Assembly (NCBI GenBank): GCA_963575745.1
Contig: CAUYUJ010000206.1
Location: 1 to 64,000 of the forward strand
Direction: 5' to 3'
Length of the DNA: 64,000 nucleotides
Source of the DNA: Prorocentrum cordatum
Lineage: Eukaryota
Below are positions 13,958 through 25,369 of the stretch, piece after piece. A program made the position numbers and the translations under genes. Under the pieces are notes generated by a model that did no database searches, had not been told where the DNA came from, and saw nothing but the letters and a program-made list of their open reading frames with translations. Each line of letters begins with the position of its first letter. Position 1 is the stretch's first letter.

Positions 13958-14776
13958 ATCAGCCAAGCGACTCACGCCTGCCGGAATTATTGTCTTCTTT
14001 CCGCGGGGGGTCAACCTTCGCGGCCACCCGTTAAACCCGGGGCCCTTGGCGGCGCATGGATTGCTTTCTTTCTTCCGCGCGCGAGTTGCCATTGGAACCC
14101 CTGAACCCCATCCGACTACCGTACATCTAGTACTTGAGTACGACTGGTACTATCATGTACTAGCGCGCAGTTGCTCCTAGAGAGCATATTGTCCTGCCGT
14201 GCAAGTATTAGAGTGCAACTGGTATCAGATTTCAACTTGTAGAACCTCGCTCCCTCGTACAACTCCCTCGTGCAAATCCTTAGTACTAGTGCAACTCCCT
14301 GGTACAACTCCCTAGTACAACTCCCTGGTACAATTCTGTAGCACAAACAGTACCAGCACAACTCTTTGATGCCTCCCTTAGTGCAACTCCTTGCGCAACG
14401 CCCTAGCACTAGTTCAACTCCCTAGTACAACTCCCAGTATGACTCCCTGGTACAACTCCCGATTATTAGCACAAGTCCGTAGTACAACCACAATTAGAAT
14501 GTTGGTGCATTGCACTCACAATCTGGGCTCTGACGCTTTTCCTCCTCTTGTTGCGCTGGGGTGGGTGGGACCCCTCGCGCGGGCACCCCCGCGGCTGAGA
14601 ATTCATTCCTCTTCCAGAATTGGAGGCGGGGGTAACCCCCGTGTTGGACCCCCTCGCCAGGGATTGTTGTTTTTCTTCCGCGGAAGCCGGGCCCCCTGGG
14701 TTCCTCGGCGCCCCCCAGAAGTTCTTTCCTTCCAGAGGGGCCCCCATGGGTCCTTCGTTGGAGTCGCGGGGCTGAT
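13958..14776. mobile_element. Non-autonomous TIR DNA transposon with 8-bp TSD (hAT-like), copy 1
   Basis: Ends ATCAGCCAAGCGACTC and GAGTCGCGGGGCTGAT (14/16 inverted match); flanks CGCTGCAC (13950-13957) and CGCAGCAC (14777-14784); splits a satellite unit; internal TACAACTCCCT repeats. Confidence 0.78.
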
Positions 14777-15891
14777 CGCAGCACCAGTAGACGGACATGT
14801 ACAACAAACGCAAGAGAAGTTGGAAGGCCCATCGGTCAACGTTCAGGTTTCTCTTTAGTTCCCAGGCCAAAATGGCGACTGTCCTATGGCGGACATTACA
14901 GAAAACCATCACGCGCGACAGCGAGCACGCGCGCGCGCGTGCCTCGACGCGTTGCACGCTGCATCGATGGAGTGGCATGGAAAAACCACAAGTGATGTTG
15001 GAAATCCCACCGGTCACCGCTGTGGGTTCCTTTCTTATTCCCCAGGCCAAAATAGCGACTGTCCTATTGCGGACAATACAGAAACCATTGTACGCTGCAC
15101 ACCCAACACTTGGCTTTCCCACGCGCCCACACACACGCACCCCATCAATACACCCATCCCGCCCGCCCTCCTCCCCCGCACTCCCCATCCCCCCTAAGAC
15201 GAGCCGTCAATGTTCGGAAACCCGTAGCGATTGAAGAAAGCGTGCAACAAAATAGTCAAATTCATCACCTTGGGTTATTTTGTCTCGCGGTTGCCCCAGC
15301 CGCTTGGCGCGAAACCGAAATCAAAATTCCAGGCCAGGGGAAAAATCCAAATGTCGTCATTAGGGAAACGCGGCAGTGCCCCTTGGGGCGGAAAACTGAA
15401 TTAAAATGTCCGGCTTCAGAAACAATCAAACAGAAAAAGAGACCAGACAAAAAATGCCGCCACGAAGGCCGCCAAATAAATCATTGAACAACGGTGCAAT
15501 ATGGAGACATGCCCAAACGAAGTTGAAAACAATCAAGGCAAGAGCAGAAAACGATGGTAAGGGCGAATTTCGAAGTCTATGAAGGCCAAAAACAAAATCG
15601 CAAGCACTTTCATCTAAAATAATGTCTCGCACAGGGCAGCTACGAAATCAATGGAGATTTTCAATTTTGATTCCAGACCCGGCCCAGGCCGATCCACTCC
15701 ATTGATTAAAGCTTTCCGGTATTCATACCCAGACCCGTTCACATTCAGACTCGCTCATACTTAAGATTTCCACACTCGGTCTCACCCAACGAGTATCACT
15801 CATAATCAGACCCACTCATATTCGTATGAACTCATATTCAGATCATTCATACGAATTCACGCTCAAACTTCTACGGTCGCAAACATGTAGC

Positions 15892-16913
15892 ATCGCCCCC
15901 GCGACTCATGCGTGAACCCCCCAGTCCCACTGGTTGGATTTCTTTTCTTCCTTTCGCTGGGGTCTATTTTCGCGGCGCCCCGATAAACCCCGGGACCCTT
16001 GGCGGCGCAGGTCTATTTCCCCAATCGGAGCTTGCCTCTGTAGAGGTCCCAGCGGATTCATATGATTAGGTTAGGTTTGTCGCCGATTTTCGCTGCACGC
16101 CCGGGTGCCCGGGTGCCCGGGGCCCGGGTGCCCGGGGATGCCCGGGTGCCCGGTCGTGCCCGGGGGTGCCCTATAGCCCTAAGCCTTGTAGCCCTGTAGC
16201 CCTACAATTCTATAGCCCCATAGCTCAATAGCCCTATAGCCCTAGCCCCCTAGCCCTATAGCCCCGATTGGGGTTTCTCTCCGGTATCCTTTCGCGGCGC
16301 CCCGATAAACCCGGGACCCTTGGCGGCGCATGGATGTTGTTCTTTTGATCCGCGGGCGCATCGCGTGGAACCCTTGAACCCTTGTGGCCAGAGTGCACCT
16401 AATATTTGAGTACCACGGGTACCACCATGTGCTGGCGCGCAGCTGCTCCTAGAGTGCCACCTGGTCCTTCAGTACAACTAGTCTTATCGAATTGCCATTG
16501 AGGTATTTGAGGAAACAGTACAGACTCGTGACGTAGGAATGAGGACACACTATAGGGTCGCGACGTGGGAGTACGGAAGCAGCGGTTAAGGAATAAGGAG
16601 ACAGTGTATGTCGTCGATTTCGGGAACAGGACATACAGTAGCGTGCAAGCAATACTATCATTGCATTTACAATCTGGTCTCTCGCACTCTTCTTCTTCTG
16701 GTTGCGCTGTGGGGGTGGGGCCCCGCGCGCCAGCACCCCCGCGGCTGAGACTTCCAGAATGTTAGGCAGGGGTAGCCCCCGTGCCCGAACCCCTCGCCAA
16801 TATCTTTTCTCTCTTCCGCGGAGACTGAACCCCCTGGGTTCCTCTGCGCGCCCGGGGAATGCGTTCCTTCCAGGTGGCCGCCATGAGTCCCATGTTGGAG
16901 TCGCCGGGTTGAT
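15892..16913. mobile_element. Non-autonomous TIR DNA transposon with 8-bp TSD (hAT-like), copy 2
   Basis: Ends ATCGCCCCCGCGACTC and GAGTCGCCGGGTTGAT; flanks CATGTAGC (15884-15891) and CAGGTAGC (16914-16921); interior homologous to copy 1. Confidence 0.75.
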
Positions 16914-17113
16914 CAGGTAGCAGGCATTTGTGCACACCAAGGAGGAGCCTCCATAGGGGTATTCCATTTTTCCGTGTGTACCCACATTGTGGGGATGTTT
17001 CGAGCGTTTCGCTCGCTTAATGCCCCTGATTGACTCCCCACCGTCAGTCTCTCATGCTCTTGCCAGAGGAGGAGGAGGAGGAGGAGGAAAAGGAAGAGGA
17101 GGAGGAGCAGGAT

Positions 17114-17150
<37 letters not shown>

Positions 17151-18330
17151 AGGAGGAGGAGGAGAAGGAGAAAGAGGAGGAGGAGGAGAAGGAGGAGGAG
17201 GAGAAGGAGGAGAATGAGGAGGGAAGAGGGAGGAGGGGGGAGGGAAGGAGGGAAGAAGGAGGGGGGGGAGGGAGGGAGAGGGAGGAGGAGGGAGGGAGGG
17301 AGGCGGGGAGGAGGGAGGAGGGAGGAGGGGGGGGGGGGAGGCGGGAGGAGGGAGGAGGAGGAGGGTGGAGGGAGGAGGGAGGAGGGAGGAGGGAGGAGGA
17401 GGAGGAGGAGGGAGGAGGAGGAGAGGGGAGAGGAGGAGGAGGAGGAGAGGAGAAGGACCAGGAGAGGAGGATCATAGGAGGAGGAGGATCAGGAGGATCA
17501 GGAGGATCAGGAGGAGGAGAAGGAGAGGATGGACGCAAACTAGCACCGTTCTTTCACTCCGATCGTCGCAAATACAGGAGGGAGAGGAGGAGTAGGAAGA
17601 AGAGGAGGAGGATCATCAGGATCAGGTTGATCAGGAGGAGGAGGAGGTGCAGCAGGAGGAGGAGGAGGAGGAGGAGGAAGAGGAGGGACGCAACAAGGAC
17701 CGGTCTTCACGTCCGATCAACGTCAATAAAGGAGGAGGAGGAGGAGGAGGAGGAGGAGGAGGAGGAGGAGGGACGCAACTAGCACCGTTCATTCTATCTC
17801 GCCAATACGGGAATAATCAAGAGGAGGGTAGGGACGCAAACCGCACCGGTCTTACGTTCCGATAAACGTCAGAAAAAAAAGGTGAGGAGGAGGAGGAGGA
17901 GGAGGAGGAAGCCCCTTGGACGCTTGAAGCTTGCTCGAGCGGGCTGAGAGGAAGCCGCCTGTCTGGAGGCGCCTCCCCGCCCGCGCCGCCCCGCCCCCCG
18001 CCTGCCCGCAGGCGCCTGCCTCGAAGAGCAGTGGCAGCACGCCCGCCGCCGAGGCCCCGGCGCCCAGCATCTTCAGCACAGAGTCAGGGTCCTCCTCCTC
18101 CTGCTCCTCCTCCTCCTGCTCCTCCTCCTCCTGCTCCTGCTCCTCCTCCTCCTCCTCCTCCTCCTCCATTTCCTCCTCTCCTCTGCGCCTCCTCCTCCTG
18201 CTTCCATGCATCATCCTCCTCCTCCTTCTCCGCCATCCTCCTCCTCCTCCTTCTCCTACTCCTTTCCTCCTGCTCCTCCTCCTCCTCCTCCTCCTCCTCC
18301 TCCTCCTCCTCCTCCTCCTCCTCCCCCTCC

Positions 18331-18352
18331 TCCGTAGCCATTTTGGCTCAAG
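18331..18352 (+). other. Exact dinoflagellate spliced leader (DinoSL), genomic copy at the LINE 5' end
   Basis: TCCGTAGCCATTTTGGCTCAAG, 22/22 match; followed by ATG rather than a GT donor, so not an SL RNA gene. Confidence 0.97.
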
Positions 18353-18504
18353 ATGATTGGTTCCCCTGGGGACCGCACGGATACCGCTAGTCCGCGGCCA
18401 GACCACCGTTCGCCTTCACCGTGGGAGTTGGGCGCCCACACCCAGTCCTTTCCAGATCGCGCTGCCACGGCCCACCGTGTGTGCTGCTGCCTGGTGTCGT
18501 GGAG

Positions 18505-19608
18505 ATGCCACCGCCGCATTACCGTTCGGAGCAGGCGCTTCCTTGGTACTGCAAGAGCTGCTGCGGGCCTTCGGGGAGACCGTGGTGGAATCATGCAGAG
18601 GCGCGGCAGTGTGCGAAGTGCAAGCTGGGCAAGGGACTGGTCTTCCACAGCGTGCGCCAGCCCGCGGCCCCCTCCCAGCGGAAGAAGGGCAATCAGGGCG
18701 GCAGCGGCAACGGCTACTGGGACGACTCCGTCAAGGTGGCCAAGCTCAAGTCCGAGCTCGCCGAGGCCCGCAAGCGGCTTGCCGCTGTGCAGAGGCCGCC
18801 GCCTGGCGGGGAGGACGTGCAGATGGAGCCGGCCGCGGACGGAGACGGCCCCGAGTCCGTCGCCAAGGACAGGCTACGCGAGGTCGGCGACCTCATCGGC
18901 AAGCTCAAGGGCATCACCGAGCCGTCGGTCGTGGCCACGCGCGACAAGCTGCTGGCCGAGCAGGCCGAGCTGCGGGCTAGGGTGGCGGAGTCCCGACCGC
19001 TCGGACAGCGCTTGCGCGAGATGGGAACTCAGTTCACCAGGCTGCAGAAGCTGCGCGACGACCAGCAGACCAAGCTCGATGGGCTGCAGGCGCAGTTGCG
19101 CGACCTGCAGGAGAAGGAACGGCTCACTCGGGACAAGCTGGCGGCCCTCGACGCTAGCATGGAGGAGCTGGACCAGGAGCGCAAGAGGCTTCAAGGGCAG
19201 GTTCCGACGCCTGGCGACAAGGCGTCGCTCGACGAGCCGATCAAGGGGGTTGGTGCCACGCTCGAGGGCCTCGGGATCTTGCTCCAGAGCCTGGGCGCCG
19301 ATCACCAGCTGTCGGGCAGCCTCACGGCGAGCTTCCAGGAGCTGCAGAGGTTGCAGGAGGAGGAGGCGGCAAAGTTGGCTGCCCAGAAGGCGCAGGCGGA
19401 TGCTGGGGCCGAGGCTGGTCCCGACGTCGAGCAGGCCGAGCGGCAGGACGACGCGGCAGCGCCTCGCACACCACAGCCATCTGCCTTCTCCGACGACCCT
19501 GAGTTCATGGAGGAAGTCGTTGCGGCTGGGGGCGAGAAGCACAGGCTGGAGGAGATCTTCATGCGTTGGGGTGCCAAGGTCAAGAGGCCCAGGCTCACCC
19601 CTGCCTAG
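18505..19608 (+). CDS. LINE ORF1: N-terminal RanBP2-like C4 zinc finger and long coiled coil
   Basis: WYCKSC...WNHAEARQCAKC motif; E/Q/K/L/A-rich heptad region; ATG at 18505, TAG at 19606-19608. Confidence 0.85.
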   Translation: MPPPHYRSEQALPWYCKSCCGPSGRPWWNHAEARQCAKCKLGKGLVFHSVRQPAAPSQRKKGNQGGSGNGYWDDSVKVAKLKSELAEARKRLAAVQRPPPGGEDVQMEPAADGDGPESVAKDRLREVGDLIGKLKGITEPSVVATRDKLLAEQAELRARVAESRPLGQRLREMGTQFTRLQKLRDDQQTKLDGLQAQLRDLQEKERLTRDKLAALDASMEELDQERKRLQGQVPTPGDKASLDEPIKGVGATLEGLGILLQSLGADHQLSGSLTASFQELQRLQEEEAAKLAAQKAQADAGAEAGPDVEQAERQDDAAAPRTPQPSAFSDDPEFMEEVVAAGGEKHRLEEIFMRWGAKVKRPRLTPA

Positions 19609-19667
19609 CATGGCTCCACGGCGATGGTTTTGCGTGTCTTGTGTGGTTCGTCCTCCTTTGTCGCACC

Positions 19668-22600
19668 ATGGCGTCGGTTTCAAGTATCACCACCGTGAAC
19701 GTGTCCTCGGGCGGCCCGCTCGTCGACTTCCTGCCCACGTGCTCGAGTTTTGCATCGCGGTGCAGGAACATCATGCCAAGGCCGAGGGCGATGCTTTGGC
19801 GAAGTTGCAGAATAAAGTAAGAGCTGCTGGGTACCATGGTATATGGGAGCCCGCCCTACCTGGGCAGGGAGTTGGCAGCAGAGGCGGGGTTGCGGTGCTG
19901 GCCCCGCTGCGGGTGGTCATCACCAAACCCCCAGGCCTGGACAGTCACGTGCTGCAGGAAGGCAGGATGATGGCGGCCCACGTCCACGCTGGGGTGAAGG
20001 GCGGCTTCGTCATGCTGTCGTGCTATTTCATTGTGGACGTCAAGCTGTCGCCCGAGAACCTGGCCATGCTGTACAAGCTGTACCAGTATGTCAGGTCGCT
20101 GGAGGCCATGGGCGTTCCGTGGATCGTAGGAGGCGACTTCAACATGGAGGTAGGCGAGCTCGGCCCGTTGTCCTGGCTCCAGTCGGCCAATGGCGTGGTG
20201 CTGGCGCCGAGAGAGCCGACTTGTCTTCAGAGCCTTCCTGGCCGCACCATTGACATGTTCATGGTTTCTTGCCGTTTGCTGCCTCGCGTTCGGCAACCAA
20301 TGGTCGTCGACGCGGAGACGTGGCCGCATCTACCAGTGACCATGGAGCTCTCCGCCACGGCTTTTGACGCGAAGGTCAGGAGGCTTGTCGAGCCACGCGG
20401 CTTTCGGAGGCCGCCTGCGGCGGGGTGCGCGAGGTTCCCCCCCGACTGGGACCCGACCTTGGCGATCATCCAGAGCGCGTCGCACAGCGAGGGCATCACC
20501 AGGGCCTGGGACGTCGTGCTCAGCGGCATCGAGTTCGAGCTGCGGGGCCGCTACGACGTCGTGAAGGACGTGGCGGGGTACTCCACGGTGCCAGGCCCCC
20601 CGACCTTCGAGCTGGCGAGTTTTCACCCTGTCGTGAAAGGTGCCTGGAGCAGGAGGTCGGCGGACACCCAGGCCTGGGCGCAGGCTGCGCGCTGGGCTCG
20701 TCACCTCAGGAGGGTTCGAGTGGCCTTGCAGAGCTTCGTGCTCCAGCTACGCCCGCAGCAGGTCTTCGAGCTCGGCAGCGTCGGCGAGGCGCACGTCGAC
20801 GGTGTGCCTGGCCTGGGCGATGGGGCACCCCCTGCTGCGGAGGTCGTCGGAGTGGCTGGTCTCTCCTCCGATGGTGGTCGGCCTCGGTCGAGAGCTCAGC
20901 GACACCAGCCCCCGCGACGGGCAGGCGAGGACCTATCGTGGGACGCCGTGCACTCCAAGGCGGCGCGCCACCTGCTGGAGTGCGAGAATTTCTTCCGGAG
21001 AATCTGGCGGAGGAAGGGAGTCTGGCCGCACCTGGACGCCGAAGCCGTCGGCTTCTTCTCGCGTGGCATACTTGCCTTAGCGCAGGCAGACTTCGAGCAG
21101 CAGGTCGACCGCATCCTGAGTATCTCCTCCGATGCTGAGGCCAAGCATGAGAAGGCCGTGATGCAGAGCTGGAGGCAGTGGGCGCAGGCAGCTTTTGCGG
21201 CTGGAGCCAAGGGAGCTCACCGATTCATGAAGCCCAAGGCTCTCCAGGAGATCGTGGACGGAGGCAATGGGCTACAACATGGGTACGTACTGGCTGATCG
21301 TAAGCTTGAGTATTGGGAAAGCTTCTGGGCGCGGCATGGCGGTGAGCTGGCTCGCCGACCTGTTGATGCTGACACTTGGGAGCAGCTGCCAAGGCTTGAG
21401 GCGGCCGACGTACTCAAGGCAATCCGTTGTTTCTCTTGGCAGACAGGCGTCGGGCAGATCAACATCGCGCCCAGGGCCATGGAGCACCTCTCCCACGGGG
21501 CGCTGACGGCTATGGCGCGCCTCTTCGAGCGGTGCGAGCACCTCCTGCTGTGGCCAGACGGCAGATTCCTCTCGAAGCTCGTGAGACTCCCCAAGCCAGG
21601 GGGTGGGGAGCGCCTGATTGTGCTGATGAACACGCTGGTCAGGATCTGGGGACGGGCGAGGCGGCCTGTCTCGGCAGCGTGGGAGAAGGCCCATGCGCTA
21701 CCAGAGGTCTGGGGCCACACTGGAGGCAAGTCGTCGAGTGATGCGGCCTTTGATTTGGCGCTCACCAAGGAGATGGCGACCCTGTGCGATGACGACGCCA
21801 TCATTGTGCTGCTGGACATGCTCAAATGCTACGAGCTGGTCAGGCATGATGCCATTTTGTTGGAGTGCAGGGCCAGTGGATACCCTATGCGAATGGCGTT
21901 CATGCTTGTGCAGATGTACCAGCAGCTGCGCTCGGTGCACTCGTATTCTTCGTATTCAGTGGCGCGCAGGGCGTATCAGGGCATCCTGGCAGGCTGCACC
22001 CACGCCACTACGCTTCTCATGGTGTTGTTGACTCGCAGCATTCGCCAGACGATGTCGGTCGCTCCTCAGGTTCAGCCCAAGGACTTGGTGGACGACGTCG
22101 CGCTGTGCTGGGTCGGCAACGACCCGAGCGGGGTGCGAGAAATGGCCATTGCCACTCGTGCGTTCTGCAGGGCTGTCCGGCCCCTCGGGCTGGTGCTGCA
22201 GATGGATAAGTCTGGGCACCTTACGACGTCCAGGCGCACCAGCTACCACTTTCAGAAGTACGCCAGGCTGCTGAAGATCGCTGGCAAGAGGCACATGCGG
22301 TATCTTGGCCACGACCTAGCTGGGTCGTCGGCCACAAGGGCCGTGCAGAAGGGACGCCTGAAGGCCATGCACGGAAAGAAGGCCAGCGTTCGAGCACTGC
22401 AGAAGGGAGCAGGACGACAGCGGGCGGCTCGGCTCTGGGCCACGGGTGTGCTGCCATCCGTGGGGCACGGAGCCACGGTCAGCGGCATCAGCGACACGGA
22501 GCTGCAGCAGATGAGGACCATGGCTGGCGTTTTCTGTGGCTACAAAGGGTCGGGCTCCCTGACGCTGTACCTGGCCGCGCAGCAGTGGAGCTTCGACCCC

Positions 22601-24450
22601 ATATTCCACGCTACCTTCAGCATCGTGGGGCAGTACGCGGCGTGGGTGTGGGATGGGCGTGTGACGCTCTCCCGACTGCAGCGGGCCTGGATGGGCTTGC
22701 GTGACTCCTGGGAAGCCCGCCACACTCACGTCACGTGGGCCAGTGCGCAGGGCCCGCTTTCGGCCTTGTGGTTGTCCCTCAGGAGAGTCAACTGGAACAT
22801 GGCAAGTTCTACAATCTTGGTTGACGATGAGGGCCTGCATATCAGTTTGCTGCAGTATTGTCCCAGTGAGGTGCTGTTTTTCCTGCGTCGCAGCCTCGAC
22901 CGTTGGCAGAGCCATCGTATCCTCGACCAGCTGCCTGAGGCGCCCCCAGCCGATGGTGACGGCAGGCGGCAGCAGCATGTGTGGCTTCGTGCGCTTCGAC
23001 TGGGACACGCCTCCTTGGCGCCTGGCCACAGAGGGGCTCTGGCCAAGCTGCAGTCCAACGGGGTCTGGTCGCCGCAGCGCCGCATGCAGGCTGGCTACGG
23101 CGGCGACGGTTCGTGCGAGTTCTGCGGGGAGGCCTGCTGCGACCTCGAGCATGAGATCTTCGGCTGCACGGTATTGCATCAGCAGCAGGAGGACGAGGAG
23201 ACGGAGCCGTACCCCGAGGAGGTGGCCAAGAGGAGGAAGGACATCCTGGAGGCAGCCCCGTGGCGCGACGGGGGCCAGGTGCAGGACTTCTCGGCCGTCG
23301 ACGTGCTCTACGCGCTGCCCCTGAGGCCTGCTTTCAGGCCGCTGCCTGCACGTGCTCAGGCTGAGCGCGAGTGGGGGGCGATCGACATGCCGTGGCCGTC
23401 GAAGTTGTACGGGGACGGGTCCTGTCTTGAAAGTGATTTCCCTGAGGAACGGCGCTGTGGCTGGGCCGTCGTAGCATTGACCCGAGACCTGTGGCCATAC
23501 AAAGCTTTGTTCGGGAGCCTGGGGGGCCCTATCCAGACGGTGCCCAGGGCCGAGCGCGTTGCTGGTCTCAAGGCCCTGCAGAGGGCCCAGAGGCCAGCCA
23601 CGTACGTGACTGATCATTTACAGCTGCAGGTCGAGGGAATGGCCTGGGAGGGTCGTCATGCTTCTGCCAGAGCGCCTCACGCGTCCATCTGGCGGAGCAT
23701 CCACGAGCTGTATAGAGGCGACCCTGTCAGGCCCGTGTTTGTTTGGACGAAGGCCCATCGGACCGTCCTCGAGGGGTTTGAGGCCTGCCTGGCCTCCCAG
23801 GAGCCCCTGGAGCATTTTTTCGGTAATATGTGGGCTGATGTTTTCGCCCGCGTGGCAGCGGCTGATTTCCTTGGATCCACCTCCGTGGTCAAGGCTCACA
23901 AATTTTCTCTGCTTCGGGCCCAGGACACGATGCGTTGTCTGGCCTGGGCTGCCGAGCGCGTGGCCCGCCTCTCCACCCCGATACTCCGTGCGCCTCCGAA
24001 GGCTGTCTTTCGGCCCCGCCGTCCGCGGCGGCCGACCGATCACGACTTTGTGGTCTTCGCTGGGGGAGCTATTCGATGTCGAGCCTGCTGGAGGCTTGCA
24101 GCGACGGCCTCGTCGTTGAAGTCTCTGGCCTCCCGTGCATGCGACCCCAGGAGGTCGGGCCAGGACACCAGGTCCAGGCCTTGGATCGAGTTTTGATCTG
24201 TGTTAAGTGCGGGGCGCACGCTGTGCGCCCCAATCGGCTGTCGGTCGGCCTGTCTCGAGCGTGCAAGAGGGCTGGGACGGGGTCGGCGGGAGCTGGGAGT
24301 GGGGGGGACGGAGCTATCGCGTCGATGCTCGAGCTGGCTCGAAGGGGCCTGCATCCCAAGACGGGCGAGCCCCTCGAGCCGCTCGTCTTCTCGGAGCTCG
24401 GGGTGCCTGCGATGCCGCAGCAGGCGCCCGAGCCCGAGGCACCTGACTAG
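19668..24450 (+). CDS. LINE ORF2 (APE endonuclease, RT, Cys/His finger, RNase H, two C-terminal CxxC fingers) with two 1-nt frameshifts at about 19750 and about 24147
   Basis: APE: ITTVNVS / IAVQEH / GGVAV / GGDFN / TIDM / HLPV. RT: LLDMLKCYE / GILAGC / LVDD / YLGH. Finger: CEFC..HEIFGC. RNase H: YGDGS / TVPRAE / TDH / KAH / NMWAD. C-terminal CRAC and CVKC. Confidence 0.92.
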
Positions 24451-24839
24451 TGGGCGGAAGTGCTGGCGGGGGGCGCGGTGCGAGTGGGGACTGCCCGGCG
24501 TTGCGCCGTTAGTGACCCTCGCACCGTTGCTCCCCAGCCCCGCGCACGGAAGGAGCAGATCCGCTGCACTTAAGGGCCCCTTAAGTGCAGCGGGCTGTCT
24601 TGGCCTCCATCGCGTCGATGCTCGAGCGTGCTCGAAGGGGCCTGCATCCCAAGGCGGGCGAGCCCCTCGAGCCGCTTGTTTTCTCGGAGCTCGGGGTGCC
24701 TGCGATGCTCAGCAGGCGCCCGAGCCCGAGGCACCCGAATAGTGGGCGGGTGCGGGCGGGGGGCGCGGTGCGAGTGGGGACTGCCCGGCGTTGCGCCGTT
24801 AGTGACCCTCGCACCGTTGCTCCCCTGCCCCGCGCACGG
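24316..24839 (+). repeat. About 230-bp diverged direct repeat at the LINE 3' end (24316-24549 and 24609-24839)
   Basis: Both copies run ATCGCGTCGATGCTCGAGC...CCCCGCGCACGG. Confidence 0.93.
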
Positions 24840-25162
24840 CGCGGAGAGCGCCCCTTGTTGGATGAGGGCCCTCTCTCGTTCTTTTTTTCGAGGCGTGTTC
24901 GTGATTCACTTGCACGCTCTCGGCACTGTCCTCACTGTCCTCCTCCTCCTCCTCCTCCTCCTCCTCCTCCTCCATCGCCTCCCTGACTCATGCCTGGGCC
25001 CCCAGGCCCCCGGCTGGATTTCTTTGCCTCCCTCCGCGGGGGGGTCCCTCTCCGCGGCGGCCCGTCGAGTCTCGGGCCGCCAGCGGCGGGCGGACGGTTC
25101 TATCTCTGTCCGCGCGCGCCTTGTCATTGGAGGCCCTGGGTTCCTCTAAGACTCGGACGTCG

Positions 25163-25369
25163 GGGGCAACGATAGGGGGGGGATAGGCATAGGGGGGGAT
25201 GCATCGACCCCCAGTCGCCCACTGATCGCCGATAGGGGCCCGATAGCCCCAACCTGCCCAGGAAGGTGCGGATTCACTATCGGAGGCCTGTCGCCGATCT
25301 ATCGACGATGTATCGCCGATTCCAGGTCGATGCATCCCCCCTATGCCCATCCCCCCTTATCGTTGCCCC
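25163..25369. mobile_element. About 205-bp MITE with about 45-bp TIRs; decayed inverted copy at about 47878-48070
   Basis: GGGGCAACGATAGGGGGGGGATAGGCATAGGGGGGGATGCATCGACC pairs with GGTCGATGCATCCCCCCTATGCCCATCCCCCCTTATCGTTGCCCC. Confidence 0.8.

Larger units (their letters stand above)
9480..15100. repeat. Diverged tandem satellite, roughly 27 units of about 130-190 bp
   Basis: Recurrent core AAGTTGGAAAT...CACCGCTAAGGG...AGTTCCCAGGCCAACATGGCGACTGTCC...GACGGACATG; interrupted at about 10630-11100 and at 13958-14776. Confidence 0.92.
18331..24973 (+). mobile_element. Near full-length non-LTR retrotransposon (APE-RT-RNase H LINE) embedded in (CCT)n
   Basis: SL, ORF1, ORF2, 3' UTR ending CACTGTCCT-CACTGTCCT-(CCT)n; (CCT)n also lies directly upstream. 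Confidence 0.92.

Noticed and set aside
9480..15100. CRISPR-like array
   Set aside because: Whole units are homologous and diverged, with no identical repeats separated by unique spacers, no cas genes, and a eukaryotic context.
18331..18420. SL RNA gene at either SL copy
   Set aside because: Neither SL is followed by a GT donor or SL intron; both lead directly into a leader and ORF.
18353..19609. N-terminal 419 aa of the 1947-aa ORF starting at the ATG right after the SL
   Set aside because: It is an R/S/P-rich off-frame reading of ORF1, and is continuous with ORF2 only because of the 1-nt shift at about 19750; the APE start motif is in another frame (ATG 19668).
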